Origin: a virus
Length of the DNA: 16,276 nt
IMG/VR virus record: IMGVR_UViG_3300045988_170116
Coordinates: 1 to 16,276 of that record
Direction: 5' to 3' (one strand)
The notes beneath the pieces were generated by a model, which ran no database searches, was not told where the DNA came from, and worked only from the letters and a program-made list of their open reading frames with translations. Position numbers and translations under genes: made by a program. Shown here piece after piece: positions 7,132 to 14,439 of this stretch (position 1 is its first letter; every line of letters begins with the position of its first letter).

Positions 7132-7526
7132 TTACTCGCTTTCGTTACTGATAATTAGGAGAGCTGTCTCTAAGATTTCCGGAGGCTCACTCAGCCATAC
7201 AGAGGCGGGTATTCCGGTCCGCATGGCTAGAGCGACAACTGAGGCTGTTACCCCTCCGACCGGGTAGGGTTTTCCTCGTCCATGTCCTCGGTTCGCGCTT
7301 GATAATCGACGAGAACAGCGTCAACAAACGCCTCGTAATCGTCGGTAATCACGTTCGTGCGCTTGAGGGCCGAGTAGAGCATGATCGTCATCAGGCGCGG
7401 GCCGTCCTCGACGGGCCAACTATGCATGCGGCTTGTCTTTTCTGCGAGGACCTTGTCGGCTGCATAAACGCGCGTGGTTCCTACGGTTCCATCTGTGAGC
7501 TCGTAGTCAATAAATAGACGTTTCAT
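7132..7526 (-). CDS. Tail assembly chaperone frameshift product (GT-like), -1 shift at 7272..7266
   Basis: A -1 frame with no start codon of its own is open for 44 codons from the heptamer A AAC CCT (YPVGGVTASVVALAMRTGIPASVWLSEPPEILETALLIISNESE). It ends at TAA 7134..7132, 5 nt before the TMP ATG (7126). I translated it codon by codon. Confidence 0.6.
7248..7526 (-). CDS. Tail assembly chaperone (G-like, 92 aa)
   Basis: ATG 7526 overlaps the upstream stop (ATGA). Acidic C-terminus. Lies directly upstream of the tape measure gene and contains a slippery heptamer near its 3' end. Confidence 0.7.
   Translation of the reverse strand: MKRLFIDYELTDGTVGTTRVYAADKVLAEKTSRMHSWPVEDGPRLMTIMLYSALKRTNVITDDYEAFVDAVLVDYQARTEDMDEENPTRSEG
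7266..7272 (-). promoter_or_regulatory. Candidate -1 programmed ribosomal frameshift slippery heptamer A_AAC_CCU
   Basis: Plus-strand agggttt is minus-strand AAACCCT. In the zero frame it reads GAA AAC CCT, which satisfies the X_XXY_YYZ pattern. Confidence 0.5.
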
Positions 7527-7975
7527 TGTTTTTCTCCGGTTGCTTCGGCTAGTGCGTTTTCTAATTGGGTGATGTACATACCTACCCACTCCGGTTCGGA
7601 GACTGATGCTGCCTCTGTGAGGAAGAGAGAGGGAAGATAGACTGAGGGATGCTTTTTCCGGCCACTAGCGGGCTTTGGGCCTCGAGTGGAGGGCCAAATT
7701 TTGCGGCCCCATTGGATCATTCCCGCGTATGGAACTCGCTTGCTGCCAGCTTTTACCGTCGCAGCTGTCTTAGATCCTGCGGCGCGGATTGTTCCTGCGA
7801 GCTTTTGGCTCTTTCGCGGTACGAGGTGTTGAGCTTCGGCGACGACGAGCGTTGCAATGTCTTTATGCAGTTGCTTGAGGTCATCGAGGCTGTCGCCTGC
7901 GGCTTTCATGCGGCGGCGGTATTCTCGCGCGTTCGTCACCTCGACGAGCGGGCTTTTGCCGCGTCCCGTTCCCAT
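7523..7975 (-). CDS. HK97 gp10-like neck/tail-completion protein (150 aa)
   Basis: Pattern ...VVAEAQHLVPRKSQKLAGTIRA...VPYAGMIQWG resembles the HK97 gp10 family (aP..tG.L..si ... YA..vE.G). Confidence 0.6.
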   Translation of the reverse strand: MGTGRGKSPLVEVTNAREYRRRMKAAGDSLDDLKQLHKDIATLVVAEAQHLVPRKSQKLAGTIRAAGSKTAATVKAGSKRVPYAGMIQWGRKIWPSTRGPKPASGRKKHPSVYLPSLFLTEAASVSEPEWVGMYITQLENALAEATGEKQ

Positions 7976-7977
7976 GT

Positions 7978-8424
7978 CTAGGCGGGGAGGGGGCCGTATG
8001 AGATATCAGGGAGGCCTCCGACGGTGTTGAAAGTGAAATCCGTCGTGTTTTCCTTCTTGACTTCCCCTCCGATCGCGACGGGCTTGATCTTGACTTTCCC
8101 CTTGAGTGTCATCTGCTCGGTGTTGTTCGGAACGAACGTGTAGGGCATGATCTCGTCTGCGTGCGCGTAGGTCCATGCAACGATACCGTTCTTGTCAAAA
8201 TCCTGATAAAACGTACCGGAGAGTTCTCCGCTGATTTCACCGGAGGGCACAAACTCGCTGCCATCGAGGAGAGGAACGGGGTCCTCATCCTTAATAGTCG
8301 GCGAGAACTTGACGGAGGAGAGGCGCGCGGAGAACTCGCGTGCGGAGGCGGTTTCTCCGAAACGGAGAACTCCGGGGCCGAGCTTAGGGAACTTGGTTGT
8401 CTGCGGTGCCATGAGAGGGCTCAC
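7978..8424 (-). CDS. Major tail (tube) protein (about 145 aa)
   Basis: Small beta-rich protein between the head-tail joining genes and the chaperones (GVLRFGE...SVKFSPT...TLKGKVKIKPVAIGG...FTFNTVG). GTG 8424 overlaps the upstream stop; ATG 8412 is an alternative start. Confidence 0.65.
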   Translation of the reverse strand: MSPLMAPQTTKFPKLGPGVLRFGETASAREFSARLSSVKFSPTIKDEDPVPLLDGSEFVPSGEISGELSGTFYQDFDKNGIVAWTYAHADEIMPYTFVPNNTEQMTLKGKVKIKPVAIGGEVKKENTTDFTFNTVGGLPDISYGPLPA

Positions 8425-8777
8425 TTTCTAAACGTTGTCTCGAAACTGATCTCGAGAGCCGGGTAGAGGGTCCCGGCGAGGTCGATTGTGTCGGGGCGGA
8501 TTGCGGTGAGGGAGAGGCGCGGCTCGAGCTGGCTCGCGTATTCGAGGAGTGCGGGGAGTACTGCGAGGTGATCGCGGAAATCCGGATGCACGAGAGCCGC
8601 TTTCCACGAGCATGTTCCTTGTCCGTAGCCCTCGAACTCGATTGACTCCGGCGCTCCGATCCAGATGCATGATTCACCTGCTGCGAGATGCGGACGTAGG
8701 AGGTCAGGAGCGGTGATCACCGTGAGGCCGGGGATCGTTGCTGATTCTATGATGTCCTCGAGGTCGTAGAAACTCAT
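8421..8777 (-). CDS. Head-tail joining protein (stopper or tail-terminator candidate, 118 aa)
   Basis: The call rests on position only, between the adaptor and the major tail gene. ATGA overlaps occur at both ends. Confidence 0.4.
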   Translation of the reverse strand: MSFYDLEDIIESATIPGLTVITAPDLLRPHLAAGESCIWIGAPESIEFEGYGQGTCSWKAALVHPDFRDHLAVLPALLEYASQLEPRLSLTAIRPDTIDLAGTLYPALEISFETTFRK

Positions 8778-9088
8778 GCGAAAAACGCTTTCATGTACGG
8801 ACGTAGGAGCGGATAGGCGGGAGTGAGAGGATCGAGGGCGGGGCGGAAGAATTGGGCTGTTGAATCTGCGTCGAGAGCGGTTGAGGAATCGCGCGAGGAG
8901 GCGCGGCGGTTAAAGAGGTTCGCGGCTACCTCGAGGATTGCTGAGCGGCGAACAGCGGGAGGGACCGTGCTGTGTCCTATGAAGCGATCGACTAGGGCCG
9001 TCGCGGATTCGGTGCACTCTTCAATAAACGCTGTATCCGCAGCGGCTCCGTGCACGTATGCCGCGACGGCACTAGTCATGTCAGGCAT
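8774..9088 (-). CDS. Head-tail adaptor (gp6-like / QLRG-type connector)
   Basis: Lies immediately after the capsid gene. Pattern ...FIEECTESATALVDRFIG...VPPAVRRSAILEVAANLFNRR is typical of gp6-like adaptors. ATG 9079 is an alternative start. Confidence 0.7.
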   Translation of the reverse strand: MPDMTSAVAAYVHGAAADTAFIEECTESATALVDRFIGHSTVPPAVRRSAILEVAANLFNRRASSRDSSTALDADSTAQFFRPALDPLTPAYPLLRPYMKAFFA

Positions 9089-10625
9089 TGAACTTCACTG
9101 CCTTAATCAGTTCGGGGCGCGGCGTGTAGTGAGCGGCGTATCCGTACACTGCGAGCTGCTTCGTGAGGGAGAAAATCTGCGAGTCCTGCAGACGGTAGGG
9201 CGCACCCGGCGCTTCTTGCACGCGGATTGCTTCGCTCGAGAATCCGACTGCGTGCTTTCCGGTCCAGTTTGGAACGCGTTGCACGGTGATCGTTGCGAAA
9301 TCTCCTCGACCGGTCGGGAGAGTAATAGTGCCTTGGTGGTCAACGGGAGCGCTCGAGAACTGCAGTGCCTTCGGGGAGCGATCGAGAGCGGCGAGCGATT
9401 GGAACACCTGCGGGGAAACTGCGAGGCCGTCGAGGACGTAGGGGGTGGCATCGTATGCGTCGATCAAGGCGAGAACGAAATCGGTCCAGTCGTTGACGGT
9501 GGCAGAGTTGAGGTTCGCGATCGTCTTGAGCGGAGTGTTTTCAGCGGAGGTGACAGCGGTGTTAAACAGCTCGCGTGTCTTGTTCTCAATCGCGGTAGCG
9601 TAGGTAAATGCCTGATCGTAGAGGATATCATCGAGCAGCGAGATCGATGCACGCTCGACGGCCTCGAAACTGATCTCAGCGCCTCCGGCGTAAGTCATGA
9701 CAGCTGCGCTCTTAATCTCGTAGGGCGCGGGCCGACCGGTCGGGAGTGCCTCTGCTTCCTTATGGTCAGAGTCAACACTGATCGTGCTCGCTCCCTTCTT
9801 GACGGCATACTCGACAGTCATGCCCTCGCTGGGGAGATCAAACGTGTGCGTAAACAGATTCGTAACAACCTGCTTAGCCTGCATGCGCTTCTCGAGCGAT
9901 CCGAGCCATGCGGGGCGAGCAACGGCCTGCGCGAGGGTTGCACCTTCATAGGCTTGCACTGCCATTTCTTCACGCGCGGCAAGGGCCTTCGCATAGGCAC
10001 CAAACGAGCGATACTCAAACGGCTTTTCGGCGGAAGCAGACGACGTGCGCATAGAGCGGATTTCGCGCTCACAATCGTCAATTGCGGTCGTGAGCGGCGC
10101 GATCGCGTCGCTGATCTGAGAGCGGATTTCTTCGGGGTTCATTTGAGGCCTTTCGGGCTTGGTCTTATCGGGTTGGGTGCGGATTTCGGAAATTGTCGCG
10201 TCACTGTACGCGGGAAACTCCACTACCGAGAACTCGCGCGCTCGCACGTGCGTGTACGTGATGTGCGTGCCGTCTCCGTCGTCTCGAGTTTCGTACTCGA
10301 TCGGCTCAAATCCGATCGATAGTTTTGTGAGGGCTCCGTCGCGGATCAGCTGCGCAATATCGCGGCCTCGCTGAGTATCGGAGATCCGCGCGGTGATCTT
10401 GCGTCCGTCTGCGGTGTCCTCAGCGTGGGTGATCACTCCGATTGGCTCGGAGTGTCCATACCGGAGGATTGCTCCTGCATCGTCGATGCTTCCGGGAGCG
10501 AACTGCTCATACCAGTTCCCGAACGTAATCTCGCGGTTGAATGGGACTCCGATTCCCTCGATTGTGAGGCCGTCGATTTGCGCGCGGCACTCTAGGGAGC
10601 GTGTCTGCATACTTTCAAGATTCAT
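9081..10625 (-). CDS. Prohead protease :: scaffold/delta :: HK97-fold major capsid protein, single fused ORF
   Basis: The N-terminal domain has HK97-protease (S78) motifs LRYGHSEPIGV and KLSIGFEP. It is followed by a helical linker (MNPEEIRSQISDAIAPLTTAIDDCEREIRSMR) and a roughly 300-aa capsid-like domain, with no stop between them. The likely start is ATG 10625, overlapping the portal stop by 11 nt (or ATG 10610); the ORF-track start at 10763 lies inside portal. Confidence 0.85.
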   Translation of the reverse strand: MNLESMQTRSLECRAQIDGLTIEGIGVPFNREITFGNWYEQFAPGSIDDAGAILRYGHSEPIGVITHAEDTADGRKITARISDTQRGRDIAQLIRDGALTKLSIGFEPIEYETRDDGDGTHITYTHVRAREFSVVEFPAYSDATISEIRTQPDKTKPERPQMNPEEIRSQISDAIAPLTTAIDDCEREIRSMRTSSASAEKPFEYRSFGAYAKALAAREEMAVQAYEGATLAQAVARPAWLGSLEKRMQAKQVVTNLFTHTFDLPSEGMTVEYAVKKGASTISVDSDHKEAEALPTGRPAPYEIKSAAVMTYAGGAEISFEAVERASISLLDDILYDQAFTYATAIENKTRELFNTAVTSAENTPLKTIANLNSATVNDWTDFVLALIDAYDATPYVLDGLAVSPQVFQSLAALDRSPKALQFSSAPVDHQGTITLPTGRGDFATITVQRVPNWTGKHAVGFSSEAIRVQEAPGAPYRLQDSQIFSLTKQLAVYGYAAHYTPRPELIKAVKFNA

Positions 10626-11787
10626 TAGCGGTACTTTCTGGGGCGGCGGAGGCGGGGATTCCTTCGATTTCGCGGGCATACTTTGCGGAGTAGAGGCCCA
10701 TTTCAATCGCTGTTTTGTGAGCGGCGTAGCGCGTGGTCGTATCGGAGCGCAACAGTGCTTCAACGTTGAACTTCACGCGCTGCCCACGCGGGACAATCGA
10801 GGTGAGAGCGTCCTCGAGGCGCGTAATGTACGACTGCAAAGTAAAACGCGTGAACGCAATCCACTCCTGCTCAACATTGGAATAGGTCTGAGCGTTTCCC
10901 TCGACAGCTGCGAGGAGGAGAGGCGCGGGGATACCAAAGATCCGCGCGATCTGCACCGTATTAAACTGCTGCGCTTCAATCCATTGCGCTTCGCGGGGAG
11001 AGATGAGGATAGGAGTGTATGAGAGGCCGTGCGGAAATACTCGGATCCTCGAGGGATTAGCCGACATGTCGAGAGGATTCCCGTCAGCATCGAGATAGTT
11101 CCATGCATTGCGCATAGCAATGAGGTCATCGGCGGAAACCTTCTGATCGGTCGAGAGGATCCCGCTCGGCTGCCCGCTGTTCCTAAACCAGCCTGCAGCG
11201 AAATCGCGGATGTCCTTCGCGGTAGTCAGTTCCGTGTGTGAGGCTTGGATCGGGCCGAGGCCAGTAGCGCTACCGGGGAGAGTAAGCAGAGGCACGTGTA
11301 GAATCTCGTCGGTGCTGTAGCTCTTCCCCTTGTAGACAATAGTTTTCACCCCGGTTGCTTCGTCAATTACTGCGTGGCAGAGCCAAGGATCAAGGACGGT
11401 AAGGGAATCGACGCTATCACCGAAACGCTCGACCTTGATATAGGCGTTTCCAGTTGCGGCGAGGGAGATAGTTGCAGTCTCGACGAAATCTCCGCGCGAT
11501 TGGTGGAGGTTTGGGCGGCGGATGATTGACGGGATATCGGATGCTGCTAGCTGCTCTCCTTGCCTTTCCACGACGAGGGAAAGCTGTCGCATGGCTGTCG
11601 CGATGATGCTAATTGAGCGGTAGACGGCTGAGAGGCTTACTGCGGATCCGAGAGAGAGGTTACCGGGATCAGAGGCGCCGCGCACGCTCGCGAGGCCACT
11701 TGAGGCGAGCGTCGTCACATGCGGGTCATAGGCAGTTGATCGGGCTTCGATCCCGATAGCTGCGAGGAGGCGCGCTGTAAATCCCAT
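10615..11787 (-). CDS. Portal protein (390 aa)
   Basis: Size and position between TerL and protease/capsid. HK97-type portal-like sequence (..AYIKVERF..GKSYSTDEILHVP..WFRNSGQPSGILS..). An in-frame TAG at 11823..11821 fixes ATG 11787 as the first possible start. Confidence 0.9.
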   Translation of the reverse strand: MGFTARLLAAIGIEARSTAYDPHVTTLASSGLASVRGASDPGNLSLGSAVSLSAVYRSISIIATAMRQLSLVVERQGEQLAASDIPSIIRRPNLHQSRGDFVETATISLAATGNAYIKVERFGDSVDSLTVLDPWLCHAVIDEATGVKTIVYKGKSYSTDEILHVPLLTLPGSATGLGPIQASHTELTTAKDIRDFAAGWFRNSGQPSGILSTDQKVSADDLIAMRNAWNYLDADGNPLDMSANPSRIRVFPHGLSYTPILISPREAQWIEAQQFNTVQIARIFGIPAPLLLAAVEGNAQTYSNVEQEWIAFTRFTLQSYITRLEDALTSIVPRGQRVKFNVEALLRSDTTTRYAAHKTAIEMGLYSAKYAREIEGIPASAAPESTANES

Positions 11788-11878
11788 ATGACGATAAAAC
11801 GCGCGCGGGCCGGTGCATGTCTATTAATCGGCATCGTTTGGGTCATACAGGGGTTTGCACGGGCCATGAGAGGCCCTT

Positions 11879-13291
11879 TTATGCGACGAGTACAGGTACG
11901 TAGTTATCTTCGCGGTGCGTATCTGCATACAAAGCGACGCTAGCGGCGATGAGCGAGGGGATAGGAGCGAGGCTCTTTTCTCGATCGAGTAGCTCGAGGC
12001 CGTTCACGCGGCGCACCTGCGCTGCGGATAGGGCTTGTCGCAGCACGTCGGATCCGTCATGAGTGAGAGTGTGATCGTCGCGAGCAGCGGTGATAAACGT
12101 TTGATCGGCGAGGCGGCGCTCTTGAAACTCAAGGACTTTCACAGGGAGACTATCTCCGATTGAGTCGAGGATGCGGCGCACGGGTCCTGCTCCGTCCGCT
12201 GCGAGACGCGTAATCCCGCGCGCGTGCAAATCTTGTAGATAGGGGATGAGCCATGCTGTTCCCGGTGCTTGGTGGATTACTCGCGAGCACGGTCCTGCTT
12301 CTCCTTGCCATGAGGCCACGACAGCGGCGCACGCGTTTTGTGGAGCTACCTCGAACGCTACAGTGATGTCATCGAGCGAGGGAGCGATAATCTCCGTATC
12401 TGCTAGGTCATCCCACATCTGCAGAGGAATGAACGTGTCCTGCACGTCTGTTAGCCGGTTCATGTACGCTCTCATGAACTCGCCTTCACTCATCGAGTCG
12501 AGTTCATCTTTGAGCGCTTGCTCGGTGATCGTATTCCCAAGTGCTGGGTGGAACTTCCACCATGCGGCGGGATCTCGGTAGTCCTCACCTACGGGGAGCG
12601 AGAACTCGATATAACATATGCTCGGTTTGGTTCCTGCGCGGCCTTTTTCCACAAGATCGTTCATGAACTCACTTGCGAGTGTTCCCATCGTTGAGGTGTA
12701 CCAGCGTTGAGCTCGAGGGCCGAGCGTCACTGCGGACGGTCGCACGCCTCCGAGGATTGCGTCTCCCTGAGCTTTGGAGAAATACCAGATCTCATCCATA
12801 TCGACGTGAATACTTGTCTCACCGTGAATCGCTTCCTCGTTTGGTGTGAACTGCGAGAGTTTCGCACCGTTGGCTAGCAGCTCGAGGCCAGCGTCTCCTT
12901 TCCCTCGGCGGGGCTTGAAATAGCTTGATAGGGAGGACTGCTCTACTGCGTCGATCATGTCGAGCATACGGAGACTTGAGTGCTTCGCTGTTTGCGCGGT
13001 AGCAAAGAGGTGAGCGCTTGGATTCTCGAGCATGCGGAGGATACGGATAGGCCTAAGCAGCGTTGTCTTTCCGGATTGCCGAGGGACAGTCACGAGGACA
13101 TCTGAATACTTGTATAGCTTTTCTCCTCGACTGTTTAGCTTGTACTGCGTGCCCACGTCCCACACATACCGCTGCCACGGTTGCGGCATCTTACCGAGAG
13201 CGATCGAGATCGCAGTCAGCTTCGGTTCCTCACTTAGATACGACGGATCGCGGCGAGGACCGAAAGCGGGCGGCGGGAAATGAGTAAACAT
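11879..13291 (-). CDS. Terminase large subunit (470 aa)
   Basis: Walker A VPRQSGKTT and a Walker B-like HVDMDE. The C-terminal nuclease region follows. Lies directly after the small subunit. Confidence 0.95.
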   Translation of the reverse strand: MFTHFPPPAFGPRRDPSYLSEEPKLTAISIALGKMPQPWQRYVWDVGTQYKLNSRGEKLYKYSDVLVTVPRQSGKTTLLRPIRILRMLENPSAHLFATAQTAKHSSLRMLDMIDAVEQSSLSSYFKPRRGKGDAGLELLANGAKLSQFTPNEEAIHGETSIHVDMDEIWYFSKAQGDAILGGVRPSAVTLGPRAQRWYTSTMGTLASEFMNDLVEKGRAGTKPSICYIEFSLPVGEDYRDPAAWWKFHPALGNTITEQALKDELDSMSEGEFMRAYMNRLTDVQDTFIPLQMWDDLADTEIIAPSLDDITVAFEVAPQNACAAVVASWQGEAGPCSRVIHQAPGTAWLIPYLQDLHARGITRLAADGAGPVRRILDSIGDSLPVKVLEFQERRLADQTFITAARDDHTLTHDGSDVLRQALSAAQVRRVNGLELLDREKSLAPIPSLIAASVALYADTHREDNYVPVLVA

Positions 13292-13292
13292 T

Positions 13293-13673
13293 CTAGTTTT
13301 CGCGGGGATCAGCTGGCATAGGGATCATTACGGAGTCGAGAACCTCAGTGAGTTTCTGCAGAGGGTCGTGTGCTTGCTCTGCGGGCCTCGGGAGCTTATC
13401 AGCGATGTCATTAAGGGCCTTGAAGAGCTGAGCGCGTCCACTCGCTGCGTCGGTAGGTTTAATGTCGTCCACGGCGCGCGCGGCTTTGAGCACGAGGGCG
13501 ATCAATCCGGTGTGTGTCTCGTCGAGATATCCAGCTTCTTTCATTGAATCAATCTGAATACGATACGATTTCTCGACTTCTCCGGGATTCTCAGCTAAAT
13601 ACCCGCTATTTTGCCTAAAAATATCGCTATCTAGAGGCACGTCGATAAAGTCCATTTTGAGGTGAAACTCCAT
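13293..13673 (-). CDS. Terminase small subunit (P27-like by context, 126 aa)
   Basis: A small helical protein immediately upstream of TerL and downstream of the HNH gene and a noncoding gap, which is classic HK97-like HNH-cos-TerS-TerL synteny. Confidence 0.7.
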   Translation of the reverse strand: MEFHLKMDFIDVPLDSDIFRQNSGYLAENPGEVEKSYRIQIDSMKEAGYLDETHTGLIALVLKAARAVDDIKPTDAASGRAQLFKALNDIADKLPRPAEQAHDPLQKLTEVLDSVMIPMPADPREN

Positions 13674-13751
13674 TTTTTTTCAGTGTTTTGGGGAGGGACT
13701 TTTCGGCTAGCGCACGGTGTATCACCGTGATTTTAGCCAGAAAAAAACGCA
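13674..13751. other. Candidate cos / packaging-initiation region
   Basis: A 78-bp gap in an otherwise gap-free operon, between HNH and TerS. It contains a homopolymer T run at 13673-13680 whose first base is part of the TerS start codon, ggggaggg (13690-13697), a perfect 7-bp hairpin cacggtg-tat-caccgtg (13713-13729) flanked by ggcta/tagcc, and an A7 run (13741-13747). Confidence 0.4.
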
Positions 13752-14039
13752 CTAACCGGTGAACAATCGAGCTGTAGCGTCATAGATGATCGATGACGGG
13801 CCTTTATATTCACGATCGCGCTTCGCGCTATTGCATCTAATATGAGCGGGCCTGCAGTTCTCTAGCGTTGTCCTGCCTCCCTTGCTCCGTGGGATCAGAT
13901 GCTCGCATGATTCTTCCCCTCTCTTGATCCTTAATCCGCACAAGCAGCAGAGGTTTCCGTACACGCGGATTAGCTCGAGCGTGAATGCCTTCCTCTGCTT
14001 GTGTGAGAGGCTCGTCCAATCGTCCCTACGTGCTCTCAT
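13752..14039 (-). CDS. HNH endonuclease (95 aa)
   Basis: CCLCG...CEHLIPRSKGGRTTLENCRPAHIRCNSAK (Cys pairs plus HNH His-Asn-His/Asn core). ATG 14039 overlaps the upstream stop (ATGA); the first 64 codons of ORF 13752..14231 overlap the upstream gene out of frame. Confidence 0.9.
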   Translation of the reverse strand: MRARRDDWTSLSHKQRKAFTLELIRVYGNLCCLCGLRIKRGEESCEHLIPRSKGGRTTLENCRPAHIRCNSAKRDREYKGPSSIIYDATARLFTG

Positions 14040-14245
14040 GAGACAATCACCGGAGGCGCTGAGCGCGTGGTAGTGGTTGCGGCTTGATCGAGCCAGCGAG
14101 ACACGTGCGCTGGAATGTAGCGGACTCTGCGTCCAACCTTCACGAACGGTGGGCCTCCTCCTCGCTGCCTGAGCTTTCGCAGATACTCCGGCTCGACTTG
14201 TAAGAACAGAGCGCACTCTTCCTCGGTCCATGCTGTCGTTTGCAT
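14036..14245 (-). CDS. Excisionase-family helix-turn-helix DNA-binding protein (69 aa; candidate Xis/RDF)
   Basis: WTEEECALFLQVEPEYLRKLRQRGGGPPFVKVGRRVRYIPAHVSRWL matches the excisionase-family HTH pattern (Lt.eEaa..L.v...l.kl...G..P..k.Gr..ry....v..Wl). Confidence 0.75.
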   Translation of the reverse strand: MQTTAWTEEECALFLQVEPEYLRKLRQRGGGPPFVKVGRRVRYIPAHVSRWLDQAATTTTRSAPPVIVS

Positions 14246-14439
14246 CAGTCCACCTGATTCGTGAGATAGAGCGCGTGCATCATAAGAGCGTGTGCTTCAT
14301 TGAGCTGCGTATGTAGCTGAAGTTGCGTGCCAGAGCATGAGTAAGGAGAATCAGGCAGAGTCTCCTTAGCGTCAATGATGCTATCTAGAACAGCGTGCAC
14401 AGCGAGCTTGATATGATAGCGATCCTCCTCAGTAGTCAT
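14245..14439 (-). CDS. Hypothetical early protein (64 aa)
   Basis: Tightly coupled within the early operon (ATGA overlap at 14436-14439, TGATG at 14243-14247). No recognisable motif. Confidence 0.5.
   Translation of the reverse strand: MTTEEDRYHIKLAVHAVLDSIIDAKETLPDSPYSCSGTQLQLHTQLNEAHALMMHALYLTNQVD

Noticed and set aside
8823-10322. 499-aa plus-strand ORF, the second longest in this region
   Set aside because: It lies entirely antisense to the protease-capsid gene, which has clear family motifs. Its product is Arg/Ser/Gly/Cys-rich low-complexity sequence with no SD or promoter. This is a typical shadow ORF of a GC-biased coding strand.
11788-11870. A small minus-strand ORF (ATGGCCCGTGCA...) in the TerL-portal spacer
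   Set aside because: It has no SD, runs out of frame into the portal gene, and has an unremarkable composition. The spacer is treated as noncoding.
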